Below, piece after piece: positions 7,921-17,862 of a DNA stretch of 64,000 bases. The notes beneath the pieces are model-generated. The model searched no databases. It saw nothing but the letters and a program-made list of their open reading frames with translations, and was not told the origin of the DNA. Each line of letters opens with the position of its first letter. The stretch's first letter is position 1. Made by a program: the position numbers and the translations under genes. The stretch is from assembly GCA_963807785.1 (NCBI GenBank), contig CAWEEC010000092.1, positions 6,309 through 70,308 of the forward strand, given 5' to 3'. The stretch is from an uncultured Gammaproteobacteria bacterium. GTDB lineage: Bacteria; Pseudomonadota; Gammaproteobacteria; SZUA-229.

Positions 7921-7936
7921 TGGCACAATTCATGCA
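7921..7936 (+). promoter_or_regulatory. sigma-54 promoter of glnA (glnAp2-type)
   Basis: TGGCACAATTCATGCA with canonical GG/GC spacing, ~95 nt upstream of the ATG at 8031. Confidence 0.8.
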
Positions 7937-8030
7937 GAATACCGCATTACTAAGATTAGCCCCGTCGCTAACACTTGTTCGTTGATTAGTGGCGGAAAAT
8001 TCATTCCATAATATTCTGGAGAGTAAACAA

Positions 8031-9440
8031 ATGTCTGCAAGTGACGTTTTAAAAATGATCAAGGAAAAAGACGTTAAATTCGTTGATTTCCGCTTTACTG
8101 ACACCCAGGGCAAGGAACAGCATGTATCCGTACCTTCCCATACTATCGATGAAGATGTACTCAGCGAAGGTAAAATGTTCGATGGTTCATCAATCCAGGG
8201 CTGGAAAGGTATTAACGAATCAGACATGATTTTGATGCCAGACTGCGAATCACAGGTAATTGACCCCTTCTGCGAGGAAGTAACCATGAACCTGCGTTGC
8301 GATATTGTCGAACCGACAAATATGCAAGGTTACAACCGTGATCCTCGTTCCATTGCCAATCGTGCTGAGGCTTATCTGAAATCAACCGGCATCGGTGATA
8401 TCGCTTACTTTGGCCCCGAGAATGAATTTTTCGTCTTCGATGGCGCTAAATGGGGTGATGAAATGGGTGGCGTTTTCTACGCGATCGAATCCGAAGAAGC
8501 AGCCTGGAACACCGGCAAGGACTATGATGGCAACAATATGGGTCACCGCCCGGGCGTAAAAGGCGGTTACTTTCCTGTTCCCCCTATCGATTCACTGCAG
8601 GACCTGCGCTCCACCATGTGCCTGACCATGGAAGAAATGGGCTGTGAAACAGAAGTGCATCACCACGAAGTGGGTACCGCTGGCCAGTGCGAAATCGGTG
8701 CGTTGTTCAACACCATGGTTCGCAAGGCCGACGAAGTCCAGATCTACAAATATGTTGTACACAATGTCGCGCATGCATTTGGCAAAACAGCGACGTTTAT
8801 GCCAAAACCGATGGTAGGCGATAACGGCAACGGCATGCACGTTCACCAGTCAATCTCGAAAGATGGAGAAAACATTTTCTCAGGCGACCTGTATGGCGGC
8901 CTGTCGGAAACAGCCCTTTACTATATCGGCGGCATCATCAAACATGCCAAGGCATTGAATGCCTTTGCCAACGCTTCTACCAACAGTTACAAGCGCCTGG
9001 TACCGGGCTTCGAAGCACCGGTAATGCTGGCCTATTCCGCACGTAACCGTTCTGCATCGATTCGTATTCCACACGTGTCGAACCCGAAAGCACGTCGTGT
9101 TGAAATCCGATTCCCGGATTCAACGGCCAACCCATACCTGTGCTTTGCCGCTATGCTAATGGCAGGTCTTGACGGTATTCAGAACAAACTGCATCCGGGC
9201 GAAGCACTGGATAAGGACCTGTATGATCTGCCGCCTGAAGAAGAAGCGGCTATTCCACAGGTTGCTTTCTCGTTTGACGAAGCATTGAAAGCACTCGATG
9301 CAGACCGTGCCTTCCTCACTGCCGGCGGTGTATTTGATGATGACGTGATCAATGGTTACATCAAGCTCAAACAGGCCGAGGTGCAACGTTATCGTGCTGC
9401 TGTTCATCCCTGTGAATTCGATATGTACTACAGCGTTTAA
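8031..9440 (+). CDS. glnA: glutamine synthetase type I
   Basis: Full-length GSI ([24 protein letters not shown]..., NGSGMH-type region, adenylylation-loop region). I prefer ATG 8031, preceded by GGAGAG, over the GTG 7989 listed in the ORF track. Confidence 0.97.
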   Translation: MSASDVLKMIKEKDVKFVDFRFTDTQGKEQHVSVPSHTIDEDVLSEGKMFDGSSIQGWKGINESDMILMPDCESQVIDPFCEEVTMNLRCDIVEPTNMQGYNRDPRSIANRAEAYLKSTGIGDIAYFGPENEFFVFDGAKWGDEMGGVFYAIESEEAAWNTGKDYDGNNMGHRPGVKGGYFPVPPIDSLQDLRSTMCLTMEEMGCETEVHHHEVGTAGQCEIGALFNTMVRKADEVQIYKYVVHNVAHAFGKTATFMPKPMVGDNGNGMHVHQSISKDGENIFSGDLYGGLSETALYYIGGIIKHAKALNAFANASTNSYKRLVPGFEAPVMLAYSARNRSASIRIPHVSNPKARRVEIRFPDSTANPYLCFAAMLMAGLDGIQNKLHPGEALDKDLYDLPPEEEAAIPQVAFSFDEALKALDADRAFLTAGGVFDDDVINGYIKLKQAEVQRYRAAVHPCEFDMYYSV

Positions 9441-9463
9441 CTGCTACATATCTTCGCAAACAG

Positions 9464-9490
9464 AGCCCCGCAATCGCGGGGCTTTTTTTT
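9464..9490 (+). terminator. rho-independent terminator after glnA
   Basis: AGCCCCGC-AATC-GCGGGGCT followed by T8. Confidence 0.9.
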
Positions 9491-9570
9491 GCACAATGTG
9501 AACTTGTCTGTAAATTACCTTACCAAAACAATTAGTTGAACTTGCCTGTAACTAAGACTAAGCTCATGGC

Positions 9571-10143
9571 ATGAACTTGAAATACACTATCCTGATGCTG
9601 GCTTCAACAGCAATGATTTATGCCGCTAGCGCTGATGCCCGGTTTTACAAAAGCGTGGATGCAGAAGGTAATATCGTCTATTCCGATACACCAACGCCGG
9701 GCGCAGAACAACTTACACCACCACCAATTTCGACGGTTGAAGGCCGGCCTGTAGCCAAAGACACCAGCAATGAAGCACAAACCAGCGATGAGGCTGCGAC
9801 TGAAGAACCGAGTAAAAAGCCGCCGACCAGGTACACAAAATTCAGTATCGTGCAGCCCGTCAAAGATGACACCATCTGGAGCAACAACGGTGCGGTACCG
9901 GTGTCGCTGAAACTTGAACCTCCCCTGGATACCGAAAACGGCCACAGTATCTGGGTTTATGTCGATGGCAAGGCTGTGGTCAGAAAGAGTCAGAGCCTGG
10001 TACAGCCATTGTCCGGAATCGACCGCGGCACGCACAGAATTCGGGCTGAAATCAGGGATGAAAAGCGCAAGACCCTGAAACGCACCAGTGATGTGACGAT
10101 TTACCTGAAGCGCGTTTCCGCCATACCCCGCAGCGGCCCCTGA
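9571..10143 (+). CDS. DUF4124-domain secreted protein
   Basis: Signal peptide followed by FYKSVDAEGNIVYSDTP, the DUF4124 signature as I recall it. It lies between glnA and ntrB, a position I recall as common in other gammaproteobacteria. Confidence 0.7.
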   Translation: MNLKYTILMLASTAMIYAASADARFYKSVDAEGNIVYSDTPTPGAEQLTPPPISTVEGRPVAKDTSNEAQTSDEAATEEPSKKPPTRYTKFSIVQPVKDDTIWSNNGAVPVSLKLEPPLDTENGHSIWVYVDGKAVVRKSQSLVQPLSGIDRGTHRIRAEIRDEKRKTLKRTSDVTIYLKRVSAIPRSGP

Positions 10144-10203
10144 CGGCTCAACAGGCTTTACTAACCACGTCGATCACTAACCTTCATTATAAATAGTCAC
10201 CTG

Positions 10204-10227
10204 CGCACCAAATTGGTGCGTTATAAT
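10204..10227. promoter_or_regulatory. perfect NtrC palindrome abutting a TATAAT box upstream of ntrB
   Basis: CGCACCAAATTGGTGCG (10204..10220) is a perfect 17-bp palindrome. TATAAT follows at 10222..10227, the layout of an NtrC-repressed sigma-70 glnL promoter. Confidence 0.6.
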
Positions 10228-10387
10228 CCCTGTTACAGTCATAAAGCTGTCAAATTACCCTGAAACGAGCTCTAAAACCACGGTGACAATATCGTAAGTC
10301 ACTGTTATTCAGAACTATTTTTCAATATTTAACTGATTTCATATTGAATTCCGAGAATTGGTTCGATACTTGCAAATAGCAATAACG

Positions 10388-11446
10388 ATGAGCGACACAA
10401 ATCCGTTACAAGCCATTCTGGACAACCTGCATTCTGCGGTACTGGTCATAAATCAGGACCTCGGCATTGAGTGCATGAATCCCTCAGCCGAGCATCTGTT
10501 CCAGATCAGTAACAAACGCGCCCTGAAGCGCTCGATCAAGGACCTGATTCCTGATAAACCTGAATTTCATGATCGACTGAGCCGCTCAATTATTTCGGGT
10601 CACCCGTTTACGGTGTACGACATCAGCATGCAAAGCCATGACGGCACTATCATCAATGCTGACTATTCGGTTTCTCCAATTGCTTACAAAGCGAACGGTA
10701 GATACCTGTTGCTCGAATTTACCCGCCTGGGCAGTTTGATGCGAATTTCAAAAGAAGAAACCTTGTTGCACCAGCACGAGGCAACCAAAAGCCTGCTTCG
10801 AGGTCTTGCCCACGAGATCAAAAATCCGCTTGGTGGCATTCGCGGGTCTGCACAGTTACTCGACAGAGAGCTGGATGAAGAAGGCAAACAATTCACCGGC
10901 ATAATCATTCGTGAAGCTGATCGTCTTCAGAACCTGGTAGATCGAATGCTTGGACCCAAGAATTTACCGGTAAAAGGTAAGCTTAATATACATAAGGTAC
11001 TGGAACATGTTCGCCAGCTTGTTCAGGCCGAAGCCAAGTCAATTACATTTATCGCGGATTATGACCCGAGCCTTCCAGATCTTCATGCAGATGAATCCAT
11101 GCTGATACAGGCATTGTTGAATATCGCCAGAAATGCGGTTGCCGCACTCAGTGGTGAAGGTCAGGTAACATTACGTACACGGTCACGACGAAACTGCGCA
11201 ATAAGATCTCACATTTACCCACTGCTTGCCCAGATTGACATTATCGATAATGGTGAAGGCATACCTGAAGACCTCGCTGAAACACTTTTCTTTCCCATGG
11301 TCACTGGTCGGGCTGAGGGCACCGGCCTTGGTCTATCCATTGCGCAGTCATTGATACAACAACACAACGGCCTGATTGAATTTACCAGTAAGCCGAATGA
11401 GACATGTTTCACTATTTTAATACCTTTGGAGAATGGCCATGACTGA
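10388..11446 (+). CDS. glnL: nitrogen regulation sensor histidine kinase NtrB
   Basis: PAS N-terminus, H-box LAHEIKNPLGGIRG, N-box NIARNA, DNGEGIP, GTGLGLSIA. I prefer ATG 10388 over the TTG 10358 in the ORF track. Confidence 0.93.
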   Translation: MSDTNPLQAILDNLHSAVLVINQDLGIECMNPSAEHLFQISNKRALKRSIKDLIPDKPEFHDRLSRSIISGHPFTVYDISMQSHDGTIINADYSVSPIAYKANGRYLLLEFTRLGSLMRISKEETLLHQHEATKSLLRGLAHEIKNPLGGIRGSAQLLDRELDEEGKQFTGIIIREADRLQNLVDRMLGPKNLPVKGKLNIHKVLEHVRQLVQAEAKSITFIADYDPSLPDLHADESMLIQALLNIARNAVAALSGEGQVTLRTRSRRNCAIRSHIYPLLAQIDIIDNGEGIPEDLAETLFFPMVTGRAEGTGLGLSIAQSLIQQHNGLIEFTSKPNETCFTILIPLENGHD

Positions 11447-12842
11447 CGAACGTCATATCTGGATCATCGATGATGACGATTCGATACGTTTCGTTTTACA
11501 AAAAGCGCTGGAAAATGCCAACATGCAGGTCACCAGTTTCGATAGCGCCAACAATATTCTGGACAGGCTGCAACTGGGCGAGCCTGATGCCATCATTACC
11601 GACGTTCGCATGCCTGGTATGGATGGCCTTGAATTACTCTCAAAATTGTCTGATCAGTATCCAACATTACCGGTCATAATCATGACCGCTCACACTGATC
11701 TCGACAGTGCCGTATCTGCTTATCAGGGAGGCGCATTCGAGTATTTACCCAAACCATTCGACATTGATGATGCTGTCGAGCTTGCGCAACGTGCCAGTGA
11801 CCGTCATAAGGAGCAATTACACAGCGTGTCTGATATCACCTCAGACACGCCTGAAATTATTGGCGAAGCGCCATCCATGCAGGAAGTATTTCGCGCTATT
11901 GGTCGTTTATCCAAATCGAACATAAATGTATTAATCACTGGCGAATCCGGAACGGGTAAAGAACTTGTTGCACTTTCGCTACACAGACACAGTCCGCGTG
12001 CACAGCAATCGTTTATTGCTATAAATACTGCTGCGATACCAAAAGAGTTGCTTGAATCAGAATTGTTTGGTCATGAAAAAGGCGCATTCACAGGAGCGCA
12101 ATCACTCAGACATGGCCGTTTTGAACAGGCTGATGGGGGCACCCTGTTCCTCGATGAAATAGGTGACATGCCGGCAGAATTGCAAACTCGATTACTACGA
12201 GTGTTATCCGATGGCGAATTTTATCGCGTTGGCGGACATACTCCAATCAAGGTCGATGTACGTGTTATTGCTGCAACTCACCAGAACCTTGAACAAAATG
12301 TTAAAAAGGGGCTTTTTCGTGAGGACCTGTTTCATCGGCTTAATGTCATTCGAATCCAGCTACCTTCATTACGAGAAAGGCGTGAAGATATTCCTGCATT
12401 ACTCAGGCTGTTCATGGAGAGGGCGATAAAAGAGCTTGAGGTCGAACAAAAAACAATTTTGCCAGAAGTTGAAGACTACCTTTCGACTCTGGAGTGGCCA
12501 GGCAATGTAAGACAACTCGAAAACACATGCCACTGGCTTGCAGTGATGACTTCCGGACAAACCATTCATATGTCCGATCTACCACACGAATTGCAACCTG
12601 ATATCGGCAAACAGACCGAATCATCTGCACCTAACTGGCAGGATGGACTATCTAACTGGTGTCAGCAACAGCTGGCATCTGGCAACAGGGGAATCGCGGA
12701 GCAGGTGATTACAGAAGTTGAAATGATACTGATCAAGGTTGCATTAAATAAAACTGGCGGGCGCAGGAATGATGCAGCAAATCTGCTCGGTTGGGGAAGA
12801 AACACGCTAACAAGAAAAATCAAGGAACGCGATATCGATTGA
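11433..12842 (+). CDS. glnG: nitrogen regulation response regulator NtrC (sigma-54 activator)
   Basis: REC domain ([12 protein letters not shown]...DVRMPGMDG), AAA+ domain with GESGTGKE and GAFTGA, and a C-terminal Fis-type HTH. Overlaps ntrB by 14 nt. Confidence 0.95.
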   Translation: MAMTDERHIWIIDDDDSIRFVLQKALENANMQVTSFDSANNILDRLQLGEPDAIITDVRMPGMDGLELLSKLSDQYPTLPVIIMTAHTDLDSAVSAYQGGAFEYLPKPFDIDDAVELAQRASDRHKEQLHSVSDITSDTPEIIGEAPSMQEVFRAIGRLSKSNINVLITGESGTGKELVALSLHRHSPRAQQSFIAINTAAIPKELLESELFGHEKGAFTGAQSLRHGRFEQADGGTLFLDEIGDMPAELQTRLLRVLSDGEFYRVGGHTPIKVDVRVIAATHQNLEQNVKKGLFREDLFHRLNVIRIQLPSLRERREDIPALLRLFMERAIKELEVEQKTILPEVEDYLSTLEWPGNVRQLENTCHWLAVMTSGQTIHMSDLPHELQPDIGKQTESSAPNWQDGLSNWCQQQLASGNRGIAEQVITEVEMILIKVALNKTGGRRNDAANLLGWGRNTLTRKIKERDID

Positions 12843-12864
12843 TCTCTCGGCGGTAAAGTCATAA

Positions 12865-12951
12865 GCCGCGAAGAACGCAAAAAGCGCAAGTAAAATATTA
12901 TGTGTTAAAAGTAATTTACTATTATTTGCGTCATTTGCGTTCTTCGCGGCT
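12865..12951. repeat. 87-nt element: perfect 18-bp inverted repeat flanking a 51-nt partly self-complementary spacer
   Basis: AGCCGCGAAGAACGCAAA (12865..12882) pairs with TTTGCGTTCTTCGCGGCT (12934..12951). It lies between convergent ntrC and the ABC ATPase gene. Confidence 0.8.
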
Positions 12952-12998
12952 AATATTAAGTTCTTTCGGAAGATAATTTTATATATTATTAGTGTTAA

Positions 12999-13718
12999 CT
13001 ACTCGTTTGAATTAATACAATTAATATAGGCCTCTTCAAGATTCTTTCCATTATATGCTTGCTTGAATTCTGTTGATGTACCTTGATACAGAATTCTGCT
13101 TTTATGTAATACAGACATGCTGTCAGCCAATTCATCAACGTCGGCCAGTACATGCGAACTGAAAAACACTGTAAGCCCCCGTTGCTTTAAATTGAGCAGC
13201 TGTTTTTTGAATAATACACGTGCTTTAGGGTCCAGGCCACTCATAGGCTCGTCAAGAATTAACAGTGATTTATTACTCAGTAGACATGATGTAATGCCCA
13301 GCTTCTGTGTCATGCCTTTGGACAAACGCCCAACCGAAGATTCCATAATTTCACGATCAAGCTCGAGTGCATCCAGCATTTTATCTATATCAGCGCTGTT
13401 GATGTTACTAGAATGCAGTTCAAGCATATATCGAATAAAATCCTTGCCCTTGAGATACAGGGGGGGTGAAAAACGATCAGGAAGGTAGGCAACCTGTTCT
13501 CGGGAACTTACTTTATGATGCGGCTTGCCAAACAAATTGACTGAACCACCATCGATTGAAATTAAATCCAGTATTGCCTTGATCATGGTCGTCTTGCCGC
13601 TTCCATTCATGCCCACGAGGCCGTAAAAATTACCTTCAGGGACATCCAGATCAATGCTATCTAGTACACGTTTTTTACCGTAAGATTTATCGACGTTCTG
13701 GCATTGAATAGCAAGCAT
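12999..13718 (-). CDS. ABC transporter ATP-binding protein (ABC-2 type)
   Basis: 239 aa. Walker A GMNGSGKTT, signature LSKGMTQK, Walker B LLILDEP. Confidence 0.9.
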   Translation of the reverse strand: MLAIQCQNVDKSYGKKRVLDSIDLDVPEGNFYGLVGMNGSGKTTMIKAILDLISIDGGSVNLFGKPHHKVSSREQVAYLPDRFSPPLYLKGKDFIRYMLELHSSNINSADIDKMLDALELDREIMESSVGRLSKGMTQKLGITSCLLSNKSLLILDEPMSGLDPKARVLFKKQLLNLKQRGLTVFFSSHVLADVDELADSMSVLHKSRILYQGTSTEFKQAYNGKNLEEAYINCINSNE

Positions 13719-13743
13719 TTTATTCGATTTGTTATTACTGCAT

Positions 13744-13768
13744 AAAAAAGAGCCCAGTATATGGGCTC
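13744..13768 (-). terminator. rho-independent terminator after the orphan pilin gene
   Basis: Minus-strand RNA GAGCCCA-UAUAC-UGGGCUC followed by U6. It sits between the pilin stop (13796) and the ABC ATPase start (13718). Confidence 0.85.
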
Positions 13769-13795
13769 CTGTTTTTAAAATATGTTCAATACAGA

Positions 13796-14497
13796 TTAGA
13801 AGTTTCTGAACACGGCTGCACAGTTATCGCTCGGATTCTGTAATTCATAATCATTCGCTGCAGTTATACACAAGCCTTCGGCTGTTGCATCCCAACCTGT
13901 ACCAGCAGTACCCAGCTGCATCGCACCAGAATCAGGTGAACCGTCATCTACCTTGCGATCCAGTTCGGCGATAACTTCTACAGGTATGCCACGGCCACTA
14001 ATAAGCTCGTGAGAAGCAGCTGCGCCTGTTTGTACCATGGTGCCATATGACAGATTCATGCCTGAACCAAAGCCATTATCCGGACAAACCGTTGGCGCGC
14101 AATTGTAAGCATCAGCAGCGACAGTTTGTGTATCGTCTGTATAGCCACCTGTTAAGTAGCCGGCGGCTTCAAGATGAACCCAGACACGCGCGCTTTCGGA
14201 CGTTGTATCGACCAGGCCATTACCGTCGCCGCCATCTGGTGCACCAGGCAGATTTACGTTTGATTGAGTTGTATTGTAATCGCCAGGGAATGCGCGATAG
14301 CGGTCCTGGAAACTGAACCAGGCTGCGGTAATACCATCAACAGTGTTATTCATCGCGCGCACACGCGCGGTGTTGATTAGTTCCTGACCCTTGAGCACAC
14401 CACCCAGGAGCAGACCGATTATGACCAGCACGATCGCGATTTCAATCAGGGTGAAGCCTTGCTGTTTATTCAATTTGTTCATAACTGTCACTTTCAT
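13796..14497 (-). CDS. prepilin-type (type IV pilin/pseudopilin) protein, orphan copy
   Basis: N-terminal ...KQQG/FTLIEIAIVLVIIGLLLGG is a class III signal peptide with the cleavage/methylation motif. An alternative start at ATG 14482 gives a 9-aa leader. The C-terminal Cys pairs are typical of pilins. Confidence 0.85.
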   Translation of the reverse strand: MKVTVMNKLNKQQGFTLIEIAIVLVIIGLLLGGVLKGQELINTARVRAMNNTVDGITAAWFSFQDRYRAFPGDYNTTQSNVNLPGAPDGGDGNGLVDTTSESARVWVHLEAAGYLTGGYTDDTQTVAADAYNCAPTVCPDNGFGSGMNLSYGTMVQTGAAASHELISGRGIPVEVIAELDRKVDDGSPDSGAMQLGTAGTGWDATAEGLCITAANDYELQNPSDNCAAVFRNF

Positions 14498-14527
14498 TTG
14501 TTATTGCCGTGTTGTTATTGTTATTAA

Positions 14528-14543
14528 AGCAATATCCATACCA
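14528..14543 (-). promoter_or_regulatory. sigma-54 promoter of the orphan pilin gene
   Basis: The minus strand reads TGGTATGGATATTGCT, with GG and TTGC at canonical spacing, 31-46 nt upstream of the ATG at 14497. Confidence 0.6.
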
Positions 14544-14619
14544 ACATTATATAGACCAAGAAACGCCCATTTACCCGCAAATTTGCCGCTTTACAGGCTG
14601 ATTTAAACTGTTATTTTGT

Positions 14620-15369
14620 CTAGTTATCAACATCTTGACGAATTTTCGTCATTTTTTCCTCAAGTACTCGAATTTTGTTCTGCAGAAACTCAAACTCATA
14701 TGGATCCGTGATTTCACCGCTGGCAATCAGGCCGCCAACCAGTATCTTTGCCGCCTCCACTTCGCCCATGTCCTCGAGTACGATAATTTTCATGTCCCTG
14801 GCCCAATAAGGCACGTTTGCACCGGTCGCTTTTTCTGCCAGGGCATGGGCATATTTCAATGCCAGCGGCAAGTCCTTGAGCTCGTGTTTGGCTGTGATCA
14901 CGGCATGCGCCAGCCAGCGCCAGTGCTTGTTCGGTTCCTGGTTGAACTTGGAGAAGATGTAGTCCATCATTTCGCGCTGTTTTTCGCGGTCACTCACGCC
15001 GCCGTATACCCTGGCCGCAACCAGCATGGGGTAATGCCCTCTCGGGTCCAGCTCGAGTATGGTATCGAGCCATTGTGTAACAACACCATAATCAAGCGCA
15101 TGCAGCGGTATACTGATGCCGGGCTGATTATCAAATGCCTGCAGCCATAAATTCAGCACTTTTGCTGCCGCTACCGGCTCACCAAACGAGCTCATCACAT
15201 AGGCCCGGTGCGACATCGGCTGCGATAAATCGTCAGCTCTGGCTACTATGGGCTCCTGCTGACTGTGCCAGAGTAATTGCATGGCCAGCGATATCACCAG
15301 TAATATAATTATGGCTGACGGGACGTCCCTGACTGGACGGTCTTTTTCGATAAAACGCCTGATCATCAA
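14620..15369 (-). CDS. hypothetical membrane-anchored, helical-repeat periplasmic protein
   Basis: 249 aa with one N-terminal TM helix (AIIILLVISLAMQLLW); the rest looks all-helical. Its start overlaps the permease stop (ATGA), which suggests translational coupling. Confidence 0.6.
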   Translation of the reverse strand: MMIRRFIEKDRPVRDVPSAIIILLVISLAMQLLWHSQQEPIVARADDLSQPMSHRAYVMSSFGEPVAAAKVLNLWLQAFDNQPGISIPLHALDYGVVTQWLDTILELDPRGHYPMLVAARVYGGVSDREKQREMMDYIFSKFNQEPNKHWRWLAHAVITAKHELKDLPLALKYAHALAEKATGANVPYWARDMKIIVLEDMGEVEAAKILVGGLIASGEITDPYEFEFLQNKIRVLEEKMTKIRQDVDN

Positions 15370-16178
15370 AAATTTTTACGATAAAAATCAAACATTGCTA
15401 TGGCTGACAGTAATACCGAGTAGATAACAGCCTGTCCGATTACAGGCATCAGCAAGCCAAAACTGCCGGTTCCGTGTGCAAGCCATTCGGTCTGGGTAAA
15501 TCGATGCAAATCGGGTAACAGCCAGGTCAGTAGCTCAACAAAGCCATCCATAAACTTCTGTGATACCGTAGTATGTGAAATAATTGGATACTTGGACATC
15601 AGGTAAATCGATGTCGCCGATCGTGATGCCGCATAGATAATGAACACGCCTGTTAGTGCTGCGGGTATCTGGTTGAATGTAAACATCATTACCAGGCCCA
15701 ACGCCACTACAAGAACCAGCTCAAAAAAGAGTGAAATACCCCATATAATGACCTGGTCAGCAGCAGCGTAAAACAGCAACATGGCGCTGAACATGACCGC
15801 GATGATGAGTGATACATGAACAAAACCGGTCAATTTACCCAGAAAGTAACTACTGCGATGGATTGGCATCGCCAGTATCATTTCCAGTGTCTTGTCCTGC
15901 AGCTCGCGCACACTACTTGAAACAACAAACATCGTAACAATGACAACTGCGCTTATTCTAAGAAATGCCGCGAGCACTGAAACCTGTGTTTCCCTGTGCT
16001 CGGTAATAGCCAGATCACCAATAAACTCTACCAGCCCAAAACTGATCACAATGATGAGTAATGACAGCCACAGCAGGCGATTACGCATCGACTCTATTAT
16101 GGTAAATTTCGAGATAGTGAATATTTTCGAATGCATTTTTAAGCCGCAAATTACTTTATCCATGTTAAGTGTAGGCAT
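15366..16178 (-). CDS. ABC-2 type transporter permease
   Basis: About six TM helices with an ABC-2/NosY-like layout (ESMRNRLLWLSLLIIV...). The probable true start is ATG 16136. Confidence 0.7.
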   Translation of the reverse strand: MPTLNMDKVICGLKMHSKIFTISKFTIIESMRNRLLWLSLLIIVISFGLVEFIGDLAITEHRETQVSVLAAFLRISAVVIVTMFVVSSSVRELQDKTLEMILAMPIHRSSYFLGKLTGFVHVSLIIAVMFSAMLLFYAAADQVIIWGISLFFELVLVVALGLVMMFTFNQIPAALTGVFIIYAASRSATSIYLMSKYPIISHTTVSQKFMDGFVELLTWLLPDLHRFTQTEWLAHGTGSFGLLMPVIGQAVIYSVLLSAIAMFDFYRKNF

Positions 16179-16184
16179 AACCTG

Positions 16185-17858
16185 ATGTCTTTTCTATCTG
16201 AAAAACTGCTTTTAGGAAATGAATATCGGCTGCTTGGCCTGATGATGGTTTCACTAATTGCAGCTATTTCATTCAGTGAAAACATAAATATCTCGCGCAG
16301 CCTGTTTATAACACATTTTGGGTTTTTCCTGATGTGGCAGCCCGTATACAAACAGGAAGACAACTTCAGCCTGGTCGACCTCATGATCTTGCTTGGCCTG
16401 ATCGGAATATTTATTGTCTGGCTGAATGTTTGGTTAACACCATTCTGGATGCTGCTGCTTCTTAGCCTGTTAACCGGCCGGATTTTCTCTCATGGTATGG
16501 GGCGCATTGCCTACGGCATAGCAGTTATCGTGCTTTTTTTACAGCTCATCTTGATAACGACACCTGACTTGTTCAACTTGCATGGCTTTTCAGCACCCGT
16601 TGTAGCGACGCTCGAACTGCTATTGATTTTGACCCTGTTTCCATTGTTTTTTATCAAATCAGATGAGCATCGCCACGCAACACATGTTGATTTTATACGT
16701 GGTTTTCTCATCGTAATACTCACATCGTACCTCTGCATGGGTAGCGTACTCGTTACTTTCAAGGCAAACATACCTTATATTCAGGCTCTTGCCAGCAGTA
16801 TCATTATAGCCGCCCTGTTCCTGCTGGTTACAGCATTACTGTGGTCGCCAAGAGGCGGCTTTTCAGGACTGGCACAACTTTGGGAAAAATATCTGCTCAA
16901 CATCGGCGGACCGTTTGAACAATGGATATCGCAGCTATCATCACTTGAAGCCAATACCTCGCTCGAACCCGATTATTTTCTGGATACCAGCATCAGGTAT
17001 CTACAGGAAAGGCACTGGATTAGTGGCATCTCGTGGAAAACTCAAAAAACCGACGGGATTGCCGGAGATGAAACCAGATACCAGGTTACGGTAAATGATG
17101 ACAAGGTTGAGTTGACACTGTATGCGTTCAGTCCAATAGGCCCTGCCCTGCTACTGCATACAAAATTATTACTCAGTGTTCTGATGTTTTATTACAAGGC
17201 AAAGTTGCAGGAACGACAATTAACCAGGCAGGCTCATTTACGCGCAATTTATGAAACCGGTTCAAAGCTTACACATGATGTTAAAAATATTTTGCAGTCT
17301 ACCAAGACACTTACGCAAGCGGTAATGCTGGAAGATGGTCGTAATGCCGAGACCTACCAGATACTGAAAAGACAGCTGCCGCTACTAACTGAAAGACTGC
17401 AGGCCACGCTGGACAAGCTCAGCGCACCGACACTGGAAGTTTCGGAATCCATATCACTCAAGTCATGGTGGCAGGAAGTACAGTCGAAATACGCGGGGCG
17501 TGATATCAATTTTACACAGTCCATACACAGTGACGCGTTAATACCACTCGAGGTTTTCAACACCGTAACAGAGAATCTACTCGATAATGCACGCTCCAAA
17601 CGGCTGATGCAGAACGATTTGTCAATTACTGTGTCACTACAGTCCGATAACAACAGAGTCACTCTTCGTGTGATTGATAGCGGTTCGCCTATAGCGAGTG
17701 AAACCAGGATGCAGTTGTTTGACGAGGTAATCTTTTCGGAGAGCGGGTTTGGTATCGGACTTTACCAGTCTGGGCAGCTGGCTAAACGTGCAGGATATAA
17801 CTTACAGCTTGAAAGCAACAACCAGGGCAATGTTTGCTTTTGTTTGTCTTCAACATAA
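16185..17858 (+). CDS. multi-TM sensor histidine kinase (PrsK-like by recollection)
   Basis: 557 aa. About 8-9 TM helices over the first ~230 aa, H-box LTHDVKNILQS, N-box ENLLDNARSKR, G-boxes IDSGSPI and GFGIGLYQS. Confidence 0.85.
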   Translation: MSFLSEKLLLGNEYRLLGLMMVSLIAAISFSENINISRSLFITHFGFFLMWQPVYKQEDNFSLVDLMILLGLIGIFIVWLNVWLTPFWMLLLLSLLTGRIFSHGMGRIAYGIAVIVLFLQLILITTPDLFNLHGFSAPVVATLELLLILTLFPLFFIKSDEHRHATHVDFIRGFLIVILTSYLCMGSVLVTFKANIPYIQALASSIIIAALFLLVTALLWSPRGGFSGLAQLWEKYLLNIGGPFEQWISQLSSLEANTSLEPDYFLDTSIRYLQERHWISGISWKTQKTDGIAGDETRYQVTVNDDKVELTLYAFSPIGPALLLHTKLLLSVLMFYYKAKLQERQLTRQAHLRAIYETGSKLTHDVKNILQSTKTLTQAVMLEDGRNAETYQILKRQLPLLTERLQATLDKLSAPTLEVSESISLKSWWQEVQSKYAGRDINFTQSIHSDALIPLEVFNTVTENLLDNARSKRLMQNDLSITVSLQSDNNRVTLRVIDSGSPIASETRMQLFDEVIFSESGFGIGLYQSGQLAKRAGYNLQLESNNQGNVCFCLSST

Positions 17859-17862
17859 CTGG

